From positions 21,394 through 85,393 of the forward strand of contig JBJKQR010000012.1 in the NCBI GenBank assembly GCA_046735395.1: a stretch of 64,000 bases of DNA, read 5' to 3'. A program made the position numbers and the translations under genes. This stretch comes from Fidelibacterota bacterium. Lineage in GTDB: Bacteria > Fidelibacterota > Fidelibacteria > Fidelibacterales > DSDE01. Shown here piece after piece: positions 26,944 to 38,240 of this stretch; within the stretch, counting starts at the first letter, position 1, and each line of letters begins with the position of its first letter. The notes under the pieces were generated by a model, which was given only the letters and a program-made list of their open reading frames with translations, had not been told where the DNA came from and did no database searches.

Positions 26944-29517
26944 ATGAGTAAAATAGCTGAGTTGCTTGAAAAAATTGCGGAGGCAATGGTCTTCATGGAT
27001 ACGGAAAATGTCCAGGACATTGCCGGAATGCACAGTAATTTTGAGGAGCTGAGCAGCGGACTGAAAAAGGAAGGGAACGAGGCATTCTACAGCTGCAGCT
27101 GCGGGATCGAAGACCTGCTGAAGGATCTGCTCATGGAGGAAGTGGCAGATAAGGATGCTGCCCTTGCATATATCAATGCCTGTATCGTTGCTTTTCAGGA
27201 GGTGTACCGGGATGGACGCGATGCGGGTTCAGTGACTCTGCCCGATGTATCCGGCAACGGGGCCGGCGGCGCGGCCGATTCGGGCTTTCGCCTCCCTGAC
27301 AATGTGGATGAATCCATATTTACAGAATTCATCAGTCGACAAGCTCCGGAGCTTCTTGAGTTTGAAGCACAGATCATGGCCCTGGATTCGGCGGATCGCG
27401 AGACGCAGATGCCGGCCATGAAGAGATATATTCATACGCTGAAAGGCGAGAGCGCACTGATGGGCCTGTCAGAAGCCGAGGAAGTCTGTCATCGGGCTGA
27501 AGATATTATTGAAATAGGGTATTCGCCGGAACTTACCGATCAGCTGCTGCATGTGAAAGACTGGCTGATGACCTATTTTTCCTATTTTACCGGCGCCTAT
27601 GACAAAAAACCGGACAAGCATGATATTCTCGAGGAACTGAGAAGTTTTTCATCCGGTGAAAAGGCGGCAAAGGTCACGGGCACTTCTCCGGCACCGAAGG
27701 CTGTGGAGGAGGACGAAGAGGATAAGGAAGAGGTTATCAAAAGCCTCACCGAAAAATTCAACAAGTCCTCCAATCCGCTTCAGGGTGACTTGGACCTGCT
27801 GGGAGATTTTATTCTGGAAACGGGCGAACATCTGGAGAATGCGGATACTCACCTGATTGTCCTGGAGAATGATCCGCAGAATGACGAATCGGTGAATGCC
27901 GTTTTCCGCGCCTTTCATACCATAAAGGGCGTTGCCGGTTTTCTGGATCTTACCATGATCGGAACCCTGGCGCATGAAGCGGAAAATCTTCTGGACCGGG
28001 CCCGAAAGCATGAAATCCGTTTTGCAGGATTTGTGAGTGAAGTAGCCTTTAAGAGCCTGGACAAGCTGCGTCAGCTCGTCGGTGACCTGCAGCAGAGCAT
28101 GGCGTCCGGAGACTATCATTTTTGTGATCCGGGCGTTCCTGAACTTATTTATGCCATCCGGCAGGTTCTGGCCGGGAAAATCGACGAGTCCGAATATGAC
28201 ATTTCGATTCCGGACGTTGAAGAGGTGGTGGCCGAGAAAGAAGTTGCCGGCGCTGAAGCAATTCATGAAGTGGATACGGCCGGACGTGCCGCAGGCCAGC
28301 AGGGTGTGAAGATCAAGGAATTCGTGAAAGTGGATTCGGAACGTCTTGATAAACTGGTGAATACAATCGGGGAAATGGTCATCGTGGAGACGATGGTCGC
28401 TCAGCTCATGGCTGATGTGAACAGCGATGAAGGCGGCCAGATCAACGCGCGTCTCAGCCAGATGAATAAAATTACCCGGGAACTTCAGGAAATGGGAACC
28501 TCTCTTCGCATGGTTCCCGTCAAACCTGTTTTTCAGAAAATGGCCAGGCTGGTTCGCGATCTGTCCAAAAAAATGCGTAAACCGGTGAATTTCGTCATGA
28601 CCGGTGAAGATACGGAACTGGATAAAACGGTTGTTGATATGATCGGTGATCCTCTGGTGCATCTGGTACGAAATTCCATGGACCATGGTATTGAATCCAG
28701 CGTGGAGGAACGGAGAAAAAAAGGAAAACCGGATATGGGCCGTGTGGAACTGCGATCCTTTAACGCCGGTGGAAATATTTACCTCGAGATTGAAGACGAC
28801 GGCAAGGGGCTGGACAAGGAAGCCATCCTGGCCAAGGCAATCAAGCAGGGACTCGTTAAGGAAACGGATAAACTCAGTGATCGGGATATATATAATCTGA
28901 TCTTTGAAGCCGGTTTTTCCACAGCAGCCCAGGTGACGGATGTGAGCGGGCGAGGTGTGGGAATGGATGTGGTACGAAAAAATATCGCATCCCTGAGAGG
29001 CCGGGTCGAAATTGCATCCGAAACCGGAAAGGGATCCACGATTTCCATCGTGCTGCCGCTGACCCTCGCCATCATCGAGGGAATGATCATTCAGGTCGGT
29101 ACCGAAAAATACATCATTCCCACCTTGAGTATCATCACCTCAATCCGTCCGGATGACAAAATGATCAATACGGTGATGAAAAAGGGTGAAATGCTGGATC
29201 TACAGGGCGAACTGATCCCCATGTTCCGCTTGGAACGGCTGTTTAACGTCACGGGTGCCATCACGGATCCGACGGAAGGGCTTATCGTGGTGGTTGAATA
29301 CGATGGCATGAAGGCCGGGTTGCTTACGGACCGCCTGCTCGGACAGAGTCAGATTGTGATCAAGAGTCTGGGCGAATCCATGCAGGGAATTGATGGAATC
29401 AGCGGGGGCGCAATTTTGCCGGATGGCAAGGTGGGCTTGATTCTGGATATGGGCGGTATCATAAAAATTGCCCATAACAACGCGGGTCTGCTGACCGAAC
29501 AAACCGTGACAAAGTAG
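26944..29517 (+). CDS. cheA: Chemotaxis histidine kinase CheA with two Hpt domains
   Basis: Two Hpt motifs are present: HTLKGES (His codon 27433-27435, residue 164) and HTIKGVAG (His codon 27916-27918, residue 325). These are followed by the dimerisation region, HATPase (GRGVGMDVVRKNI) and a C-terminal CheW-like domain. Confidence 0.93.
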   Translation: MSKIAELLEKIAEAMVFMDTENVQDIAGMHSNFEELSSGLKKEGNEAFYSCSCGIEDLLKDLLMEEVADKDAALAYINACIVAFQEVYRDGRDAGSVTLPDVSGNGAGGAADSGFRLPDNVDESIFTEFISRQAPELLEFEAQIMALDSADRETQMPAMKRYIHTLKGESALMGLSEAEEVCHRAEDIIEIGYSPELTDQLLHVKDWLMTYFSYFTGAYDKKPDKHDILEELRSFSSGEKAAKVTGTSPAPKAVEEDEEDKEEVIKSLTEKFNKSSNPLQGDLDLLGDFILETGEHLENADTHLIVLENDPQNDESVNAVFRAFHTIKGVAGFLDLTMIGTLAHEAENLLDRARKHEIRFAGFVSEVAFKSLDKLRQLVGDLQQSMASGDYHFCDPGVPELIYAIRQVLAGKIDESEYDISIPDVEEVVAEKEVAGAEAIHEVDTAGRAAGQQGVKIKEFVKVDSERLDKLVNTIGEMVIVETMVAQLMADVNSDEGGQINARLSQMNKITRELQEMGTSLRMVPVKPVFQKMARLVRDLSKKMRKPVNFVMTGEDTELDKTVVDMIGDPLVHLVRNSMDHGIESSVEERRKKGKPDMGRVELRSFNAGGNIYLEIEDDGKGLDKEAILAKAIKQGLVKETDKLSDRDIYNLIFEAGFSTAAQVTDVSGRGVGMDVVRKNIASLRGRVEIASETGKGSTISIVLPLTLAIIEGMIIQVGTEKYIIPTLSIITSIRPDDKMINTVMKKGEMLDLQGELIPMFRLERLFNVTGAITDPTEGLIVVVEYDGMKAGLLTDRLLGQSQIVIKSLGESMQGIDGISGGAILPDGKVGLILDMGGIIKIAHNNAGLLTEQTVTK

Positions 29518-29532
29518 CAGGATATATCAGGT

Positions 29533-30339
29533 ATGGATGCAAAAACCTTTACTACCTTTCGACAAATCATCAAGGAACAGTCCGGGATTGAGCTGACACA
29601 GAATAAGGAAGCTCTGCTGACCGGAAGAGTCGGAAAGCGGATGCGGAAGCTTGGAATCGCTGATTACAAGGAATATCTGAAATTTCTTCTGGCTGACCAG
29701 AGCGGCAGGGAAATGATTTCCCTGCTGGACGCCATTTCCACCAATGTGACCTCCTTTTATCGTGAGGCCGTTCATTTTGATTATCTGAAGGATTTGCTGA
29801 CAACCTGGTCCAATGAAGGACAGGATAAGTTCCGGATCTGGTGCGCTGCAGCCTCCAGCGGCGAGGAGCCCTATACCATCGCTATTACGGTCAGGGAAGC
29901 GCTGAATTCTAAAAGCAATAATGTGAAGATTCTGGGTACCGATATCAGTACAGCTGTTCTCGAACAGTGTCTGAATGGCGTCTATGAAGCAAAAAAGACG
30001 GATCCCATTCCGGCGACCTTGAAGAATAAGTATTTCATCCGTCACAAGGACGCGGAGGAGGATCTGTACGAAGTCAAACCCGAACTGCGGTCCATGATGA
30101 TGTTCAAACGGCTGAACCTGACAGTGCAGCCCTATCCCATGAAAGGCCCGCTGGATATTATTTTCTGCCGGAATGTCATGATTTATTTCAATGGCGAGAC
30201 ACGGCAGAAAATCATTTCGGAAATGTACCGGCTGCTCAAACCCGGCGGTTTTCTGATGGTGGGCCATTCCGAAAGTCTCACCGGGCTGGATACCCGATTC
30301 AAGATTGTCAAACCTTCCATTTATGTGAAACCGGAATAA
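29533..30339 (+). CDS. cheR: Chemotaxis protein methyltransferase CheR
   Basis: FYREAVHFDYL, IWCAAASSGEEPYTIAI and DIIFCRNVMIYF. Confidence 0.95.
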   Translation: MDAKTFTTFRQIIKEQSGIELTQNKEALLTGRVGKRMRKLGIADYKEYLKFLLADQSGREMISLLDAISTNVTSFYREAVHFDYLKDLLTTWSNEGQDKFRIWCAAASSGEEPYTIAITVREALNSKSNNVKILGTDISTAVLEQCLNGVYEAKKTDPIPATLKNKYFIRHKDAEEDLYEVKPELRSMMMFKRLNLTVQPYPMKGPLDIIFCRNVMIYFNGETRQKIISEMYRLLKPGGFLMVGHSESLTGLDTRFKIVKPSIYVKPE

Positions 30340-30356
30340 TTCACCTACGGGGTATT

Positions 30357-30854
30357 ATGATTTCTCGTTTTGAAAAAGCTCCTACCAGTATCGGAATCGG
30401 TGATATGAAGACCAGCTGTGATGAACAGGAAATTCTTATTACCTATTCCCTGGGAAGCTGTATTGGACTGACATTGTATGATCCGGTTGCAAAGGTTGGC
30501 GGTATGGTGCATACGATGCTGCCCCTGTCCAAGCAGGATCCGGAAAAGGCCCGGAAAAATCCCCATATGTATACTGACACGGGAGTACAGTCTCTCATTC
30601 AGGAACTTTTCAATATGGGGGCGACCCGACGGAATCTCATTGCCAAGGTTGCCGGCGGGGCTCAGCTTCTCGATGAAAAGGGACTCTTCCGAATTGGTGA
30701 ACGGAATTATACCGTATTGAGAAAAGTATTGTGGAAAAACGATATTCTCATCAATTCCGAGGAAGTCGGCGCAAACAAGAGCCGGACCATGATTTTGCAT
30801 ATGAGCACCGGCAAAACCTATATCCGGTCCGGCGGCGTTGAGGTGGAACTATGA
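30357..30854 (+). CDS. cheD: Chemoreceptor glutamine deamidase CheD
   Basis: 165 aa with the catalytic-region pattern LGSCIGLTLYD...GGMVHTMLP. Confidence 0.9.
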   Translation: MISRFEKAPTSIGIGDMKTSCDEQEILITYSLGSCIGLTLYDPVAKVGGMVHTMLPLSKQDPEKARKNPHMYTDTGVQSLIQELFNMGATRRNLIAKVAGGAQLLDEKGLFRIGERNYTVLRKVLWKNDILINSEEVGANKSRTMILHMSTGKTYIRSGGVEVEL

Positions 30855-31702
30855 CAAAGCGTGATCAGATATTACAGATTATCCGTGATGTCCCGGCTCT
30901 TCCCACCGTGGCGGTTGAGGTTCAGAAATTGCTCAGCGATAAAGATATGGACTTCAGAAAACTGGTGGAAAAAATCAAATATGATCCCGGACTGACGGCG
31001 AATATTCTCAGTCTGGCCAATTCTGCCTACTTCGGTTTCAGCCGTCCGGTCAACAGTCTCAGTGATGCCGTGGTTCTCATGGGAACGAAGCGGATCTATG
31101 AACTGATTATTGCAGAATCCCTCGCTCCGCTGGTCCATAAATCCGTGAAGGGTTACGATCTGCCGGCGGGCAAGCTATGGGAACATTCCGTAGCAGTTGC
31201 GGTGGGATGCGAAGAACTTACGCGCATGCTGCATATCAGTGCTCCGGATTATATTTTCACGGCAGGGCTTCTGCATAATGTGGGCAAGATTGTTCTCGGT
31301 ACTTTTGTGGAGATTGAGGCGGATCCCATTCTGGAGCTGGCCCGAAAATCGGATATGTCCTTTGATGAGGCCGAAAAATCCATTCTGGGTATTGACCATG
31401 CGGAAGCAGGAGCCATTCTGCTGGAAAGCTGGAAGCTTCCTGAACATTTTATCAATGCGGCTCAGTATCATCACCGTCCCGACGAAAATCCCTCGGACGA
31501 TCATCTCATCGTGGATCTGGTTCATACAGCGGATGTTCTCACCATGATGAGCGGTCTCGGGACGGGAACGGATGAATTGAATTACAGAGCGGATCAGAAG
31601 GTGATAGACCGTCTGGGTGTGACACCTAAATTGGCCGAGAAGATCATCGCCAATGTCCTGACCGGCATGGAATCCCTTTCACACTTATTACTCAAACAAT
31701 AA
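30851..31702 (+). CDS. HDOD domain-containing signalling protein
   Basis: HDOD pattern (LPALPTVAVEVQKLLSD...KYDPGLTANILSLANSAYFG...AVVLMG...HNVGKIVL). The ATGA overlap with the cheD stop implies co-translation. Confidence 0.85.
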   Translation: MTKRDQILQIIRDVPALPTVAVEVQKLLSDKDMDFRKLVEKIKYDPGLTANILSLANSAYFGFSRPVNSLSDAVVLMGTKRIYELIIAESLAPLVHKSVKGYDLPAGKLWEHSVAVAVGCEELTRMLHISAPDYIFTAGLLHNVGKIVLGTFVEIEADPILELARKSDMSFDEAEKSILGIDHAEAGAILLESWKLPEHFINAAQYHHRPDENPSDDHLIVDLVHTADVLTMMSGLGTGTDELNYRADQKVIDRLGVTPKLAEKIIANVLTGMESLSHLLLKQ

Positions 31703-31714
31703 CAGGTTGTTCTT

Positions 31715-32094
31715 ATGAAGTTAAATATTTTGATCGTAGATGACTCCGTAACGGTAAGGTCCGTACTCATTAAGACACTGGATCTTGCCCAGATTTCGAG
31801 CGAAAAGATCTACGAAGCGTCCAACGGAAAGGAAGCCCTTGAAATTATTGATAATAACTGGATAGATCTTGTTTTCGCCGATATTAATATGCCGGTTATG
31901 GGAGGAATCGAGATGGTGGAGATCATGGCCCAGAACGGGTTGATGAAATCCATCCCGGTAATTGTCGTGACCACCGAAGGGTCACAGACACGTATTGAAC
32001 AGTTAAAGCAGAAAGGAATCCGTGGGTATATCAGAAAACCCTTTACGCCTGAGTCTGTCCGGAGTGAAGTCAACCGAATCATGGGGGGCGTGTA

Positions 32095-32095
<1 letters not shown>
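31715..32095 (+). CDS. cheY: Chemotaxis response regulator CheY (single receiver domain)
   Basis: 126 aa with ILIVDDS, FADINMPVMGG, VVTTEG and IRKPF. Confidence 0.9.
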
Positions 32096-33601
<1,506 letters not shown>

Positions 33602-33605
33602 TAAA

Positions 33606-33966
33606 CCACGAAAACACACGAATTCTCCATTTAGTCCACCAGGAACACGAATGGACACGAATTATCCAATTTATCCACGAAGGATACGAATGGACACGAA
33701 TTATCCAATTTATCCACGAGGAACACGAATGGACACGAAATTTCTATTTAATCCACGAAGAACATAAAACGCACGAATTGTCTATTCAATCCACGAAGGA
33801 CACGAATGGACACGAATTATCCTACGAAGGATACGAATGGACACGAATTATCTATTTAATCCACGGAGAACACGAAAACACACGAATTGTCTATTCAATC
33901 CACGAGGAACACGAAAACACACGAATTGTCCATTTTATCCATGAAGGACACGAATGAAACCGAATT
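33606..33966. repeat. Tandem array of about ten 38-39-bp direct repeats (minisatellite/iteron-like)
   Basis: Hand-counted unit starts are 33606 (30-bp partial), 33636, 33675, 33714, 33753, 33791 (32 bp), 33823, 33861, 33900 and 33939 (degenerate). An example unit is CCACGAAGGATACGAATGGACACGAATTATCCAATTTAT. Each unit holds three ACGAA cores spaced 9-10 bp apart plus an AT-rich tail. Confidence 0.95.
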
Positions 33967-34072
33967 GGGGAAAAACCTGTTTTCTATATTATTGAATAAA
34001 TCTGTGTAATCCGAGCATAAGCTTCTGCGTGAATTCAGCGTTAAACTGCTGTAGTAAATACGACCTGCCGAA

Positions 34073-35317
34073 TCAGGCGGTCTGATCCGTGGCCTGCTCC
34101 ACAGCCAGGCTGATGATCTTCAGGATAACATCTCTGGCTTTCAGCATGGATTCGAGGGGAATGTATTCATAAATGCCGTGGTAATTGTGGCCGCCGGTAA
34201 AAATATTAGGGCAGGGCAGGCCCATGAATGACAGGCGGGCGCCATCCGTTCCGCCGCGAACAGGAACGCGTAAAGCCTGGATCTCACTGGATGTAATGGC
34301 TTGAACCGCGAGATCAATGACCTGCGGGAACTGGTCAATGATTTCCTTCATGTTGTAGTACTGATCGGTCAGTGTCAGTTTTACGCTCTCACGGCCGTAT
34401 TTTTTATTGATGAAGGCCACTGCGTCATGGATCATCGCTTTTTTGTTTTCAAATCGGGTCCGGTCATGATCCCGGATGATATACACCATCCGGCAGGCGC
34501 TCACAGTTCCTTCCATCGCCAACAGATGAAAAAAACCTTCGTATCCTTCCGTATGTTCCGGCCGTTCCCATTCCGGAAGCATACTGTTCAGCTCCATGCC
34601 CAGAAGAATGGCATTCCGCATCTGGTTCTTGGCTGTTCCCGGATGTACGTTCACTCCCTCTATCAGGATATCCGCACGTCCGGCATTGAAATTTTCACTT
34701 TCCATTTCACCCAGTTCGCCTCCATCCACCGTATACGCGAATTCTGCACCGAAGCGCGCAATATCAAAACGATCCGCACCCCGGCCGATTTCTTCATCGG
34801 GGGTAAAAGCTATGCGGATATCACCGTGCGGAATCCGGGGATTTTCCAGAAGAAATTCCATGGCGGAGATGATGCAGGCGACACCGGCCTTGTCATCTGC
34901 CCCCAACAGGGTCGTTCCGTCGGTCGTTATCAATGTCTGTCCCTTGTAATGCAGAAGTTCGGGAAATTCGGCCGGATTCAGGACGCAGTCCTGTTTACCT
35001 TTCAGCGGGATGAGATTTCCGTCATAATCCGGGATGATCTGAGCCTTCACGTTTTCTCCGCTCGCATCCTCAGCCGTATCCATATGGGCAATGAAACCGA
35101 TGACCGGCGCTGCTGTCTCCGTATTGGCCGGTAACTCAGCCATGACGTAGCCGTTTTCGTCAAGAGAGACCTTCTGCAGTCCGATGGCTTTTAATTCCTC
35201 TGTCAGCACCCGGGCAAGGTTTAACTGTCCGGCAGTGCTGGGGCAGGTTTTTGAGTTTTCATCACTTTGAGTATTGATAGCCGTGTAACGAATAAACCGT
35301 GTGAGCAGATCTTCCAT
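34073..35317 (-). CDS. pepT: Peptidase T (tripeptide aminopeptidase)
   Basis: M20B pattern (MEDLLTRFIRYTAINTQSDE N-terminus, FIAHMDT, GADDKAG, TPDEEIG). The ORF-track start at 35371 adds 18 unlikely residues. Confidence 0.9.
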   Translation of the reverse strand: MEDLLTRFIRYTAINTQSDENSKTCPSTAGQLNLARVLTEELKAIGLQKVSLDENGYVMAELPANTETAAPVIGFIAHMDTAEDASGENVKAQIIPDYDGNLIPLKGKQDCVLNPAEFPELLHYKGQTLITTDGTTLLGADDKAGVACIISAMEFLLENPRIPHGDIRIAFTPDEEIGRGADRFDIARFGAEFAYTVDGGELGEMESENFNAGRADILIEGVNVHPGTAKNQMRNAILLGMELNSMLPEWERPEHTEGYEGFFHLLAMEGTVSACRMVYIIRDHDRTRFENKKAMIHDAVAFINKKYGRESVKLTLTDQYYNMKEIIDQFPQVIDLAVQAITSSEIQALRVPVRGGTDGARLSFMGLPCPNIFTGGHNYHGIYEYIPLESMLKARDVILKIISLAVEQATDQTA

Positions 35318-35454
35318 GTCGGTCACTCCCTTGTTTTCAGTGAATTTAAGGACACCGGGGCAGTCCGGCATCGGATTTTTTATTTCCTGCCGGGATGAGG
35401 GGATCTTTATTGATATTATTCCTCATATCCGATTCCGAATAAAAGTGGATGACA

Positions 35455-36765
35455 TCAGCCTTCTGACCGCGGATCAATGAGAGCGATGATCACGTCGCCC
35501 ACATTCGTGCCCGTGTGTCCGGTTTCAATATGTCCCTGTTTCAGTTTCTTAAAGAAATGAAAGGAATCATTATTCTCAAGAAATTCATCAATGGAGAGCC
35601 CGCTCTCCTGCCAGGCATCCAGTATTTCCGGTGTAAAATAGGCTCCGGCCATGGGAGTCGGGCCGTCAATGCCATCGGTTCCCGCTGAAAGAATGCTGAT
35701 ATTTCGTGAATTTTTCAGTTCAGCCATCGCGCTGAGGACCAGTTCCTGGTTTCTTCCTCCCAGACCTGTCCCCCTTACCTTTACCGTTGTCTCTCCACCG
35801 AAAACCAGGCAGGTCGGCTGATTTGCCGATTCATAGCTTTTTGCCACCTTCGCCACATGATGTCCGTATTCCCGCGCTTCGCCACGAACCTTCTCATCCA
35901 CGATGATACAGGTGTAATTCATTGCCTTGGCTTTACGCACCGCGCCCACGAGAGCCATCTTGTTATGAGCGAGAATGTAGTGAGGATATCCCGTATGAAC
36001 CTGCTTGGGACGTTCCCGTATGAGTTCCGTCAGGATATTTTTCGGCAATTTATCCACCAGCTCGTATTTGAGGATGATCTTTTTAATGGTTTCCATTTCC
36101 GGTTCACTGGGATAAAAGGGCGCTGACCCGATGGTCGCGAAATCATTATCCGGCACATCCGATACGATGAGAACCACGCCGTGTGCCGAGGTCATCCGTC
36201 CCAGATTTCCGCCTTTGATACGGGATAATTTCTTTCTCAGAACATTCAGCTCAAAAATGGACAGGCCTTCCTTCTGCAGCATTTCCGTGACATCATGCCA
36301 CATGTCGTAATTTACGCCGCCATAGGTCATTTCCATGAGCGAGGAAGAGCCGCCGCTCAGCAGGTAGATAAAAAAGTCGTTCATTTCCATGGATTCAAAA
36401 AGGCGGACCATGGCTTTTCCGCAGGCAAAGGATCGGCGTGTGGGATAGGGGTGACCGCCTTCCATGATCTTCAGACGCGTAAATCTCGCCCCGTAATGAT
36501 TGGATACAACCAGATTCCCGGAAAATTTCCCCGGGTACAAAGCAGTCATGGATTTGGCCATATCGATGGCAGCTTTTCCCGAAGCCGCCAGATATATTTT
36601 TTTAAATCGTTTCAGATCGTATTCTTCACCTTCAATGATGAGTTTCCTGTCCTTGAAACGAATACTGCGGGTCATGAAGGAGATGGACCTGACTTCTTCG
36701 ACTGCAGCCTGGAATATATTGAGAATGGGGATATCCTCAAGCTTTTTCTTTTTCACATTAAACAT
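35455..36765 (-). CDS. Glycerate 2-kinase (DUF4147 + MOFRL family)
   Basis: 436 aa with the C-terminal MOFRL-type motif SAGTDGIDGPT and a GGETTV segment. Confidence 0.8.
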   Translation of the reverse strand: MFNVKKKKLEDIPILNIFQAAVEEVRSISFMTRSIRFKDRKLIIEGEEYDLKRFKKIYLAASGKAAIDMAKSMTALYPGKFSGNLVVSNHYGARFTRLKIMEGGHPYPTRRSFACGKAMVRLFESMEMNDFFIYLLSGGSSSLMEMTYGGVNYDMWHDVTEMLQKEGLSIFELNVLRKKLSRIKGGNLGRMTSAHGVVLIVSDVPDNDFATIGSAPFYPSEPEMETIKKIILKYELVDKLPKNILTELIRERPKQVHTGYPHYILAHNKMALVGAVRKAKAMNYTCIIVDEKVRGEAREYGHHVAKVAKSYESANQPTCLVFGGETTVKVRGTGLGGRNQELVLSAMAELKNSRNISILSAGTDGIDGPTPMAGAYFTPEILDAWQESGLSIDEFLENNDSFHFFKKLKQGHIETGHTGTNVGDVIIALIDPRSEG

Positions 36766-37181
36766 GGTTTCTCTCCTGAGGAAGGGGCTGTTTCATTCCT
36801 GAAATGCAGTTGTTTCTGCTGAGATGGAGTTCTGCCGCTGCTTGTACCTGTCATGTTGCCAATATATTAAAAAATGCCGAATTGGGGAACGGAATATGAA
36901 TTCCGTCCCGGGAAAAGAGAGACATGATGGCTCTTGTTCGGTTTTTCGGACCGGCATTAAGGCGTAAATCATCTACTGAACTCCGCCGTGACTCTTGTTC
37001 ATGTCAAGGAATTTTCATAAATTGAAGCAATGAAATCCGGACAGCATGCAAAGATGATTCAAATGTGCCTCATCGGAAGGTGCAATGACCTGTTCCGGGA
37101 TGAAAATGCCGGATATCTAATCAGGAATAATTATAAGCAAATAGCTCTGAAGTCGTTCAGGATAATTCAGGAAAGGGAAAA

Positions 37182-38240
37182 ATGAAAATCGTTGTTGCCA
37201 TAAACCCGGGGTCGATGTCGACAAAAATCGGAGTCTTCAGCGAGAAGACCAAGCTGTTCGAAGTGAATACGCCCTTTTTTATGGGTGAACGGCCCAGGAA
37301 TGTTGCGGATGAATTTCCCAACCGGCTGAAAATAATTGAGGAAACGGTCACCCGTTTCTGCCGGGAAAATGAAGTGATCGCCATTGTGGGGCGTGGCGGA
37401 CCTCTGAAGCCGCTGCCCGGCGGTGTCTACAGAGTGAACGGGGATATGCTGGATGATTTGAAAAATGCCCGATACAGTAACCACGCCAGCAATCTCGGAG
37501 CCATTCTGGCGGATTATTTTGCCCGGCGTTATTCCGTTCCGGCGCTGATCGTTGATCCGGTCACCGTTGATGAATTCGATCCGCTGGCCCGTATTTCGGG
37601 TTTTCCGGGCATCGAACGGCGAAGCCGTTCTCACGCGCTCAGTATTCGTGCCACGGTACGCCGATCCTGTGACCGGCATGGATGGAAAATGGAAAAGAAT
37701 AATTTTGTCGTGGCGCATTTAGGCGGAGGCATATCGGTGGCAGCCGTAAAAAAAGGGCAGATCCGGGACGTCAATGACGGATTGCTGGGCATGGGCCCCT
37801 TTTCTCCCGAACGGGCCGGAGCGCTTCCCATCGGCGCGCTGACCGAACTGGCCGCTTCCAGGAAACAGAGTCTGGAAAAACTTCAGCAGTATCTGAGCCG
37901 GGATGCCGGGCTGAAAGGGTATCTGGGCACGGCGGACGCGGTGGAAGTGGAAACGCGTATCGCCCGAGGGGATGAACAGGCTGAATTGATTTACGAGGCC
38001 ATGCTCTACCAGATAAAAAAAGAGATCGGAGCCATGCTGGCTGTCTGTAATTTCAAGGTCAAGGCCGTCCTCATCACGGGCGGGCTGGCGAATTCAGACA
38101 GGGTCTGCAGATATCTGAAGAAGGGACTCGGCCGCCGGAGAGTGGAATTTTATCCCGGTGAAAATGAACTGGAAGCAATGGCTGACGGAGCCTGGAGAGC
38201 ACTCAAAGGCGAGATCGAAATTCAGGAATACAGCAAATGA
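37182..38240 (+). CDS. buk: Butyrate kinase
   Basis: ASKHA-fold N-terminus (KIVVAINPGSMSTKIGVF), HLGGGISV, and a length of 352 aa typical of Buk. Confidence 0.88.
   Translation: MKIVVAINPGSMSTKIGVFSEKTKLFEVNTPFFMGERPRNVADEFPNRLKIIEETVTRFCRENEVIAIVGRGGPLKPLPGGVYRVNGDMLDDLKNARYSNHASNLGAILADYFARRYSVPALIVDPVTVDEFDPLARISGFPGIERRSRSHALSIRATVRRSCDRHGWKMEKNNFVVAHLGGGISVAAVKKGQIRDVNDGLLGMGPFSPERAGALPIGALTELAASRKQSLEKLQQYLSRDAGLKGYLGTADAVEVETRIARGDEQAELIYEAMLYQIKKEIGAMLAVCNFKVKAVLITGGLANSDRVCRYLKKGLGRRRVEFYPGENELEAMADGAWRALKGEIEIQEYSK

Noticed and set aside
33606-33966. CRISPR array.
   Set aside because: The units are directly abutting copies of one sequence with only point variants. There are no unique spacers, and no cas genes occur in the window.
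33606-34020. oriC or a datA-like DnaA-box cluster. Unit junctions read TTATCCACG (33671-33679, 33710-33718) and TTATCCAAT (33662-33670, 33701-33709), which match 8/9 and 7/9 of the DnaA box TTATCCACA. An AT-rich stretch follows the array.
   Set aside because: Only two junctions reach 8/9, and the others read TTAATCCACG or TTCAATCCACG. The final A of the box is G in every junction that retains CCAC. The flanking genes converge on the site, whereas genes diverge from an origin. No dnaA or dnaN is nearby. The idea remains a low-probability side hypothesis that a DnaA-box PWM scan and cumulative GC skew on the full genome could test.
33960-36886. A shared 12-mer, CCGAATTGGGGA, at the end of the repeat array (about 33960) and in the glycerate-kinase/buk intergenic region (about 36876). 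This could hint at a dispersed element.
   Set aside because: Repeated 12-mers are expected many times by chance among all position pairs in 64 kb, and the flanks do not extend the similarity.
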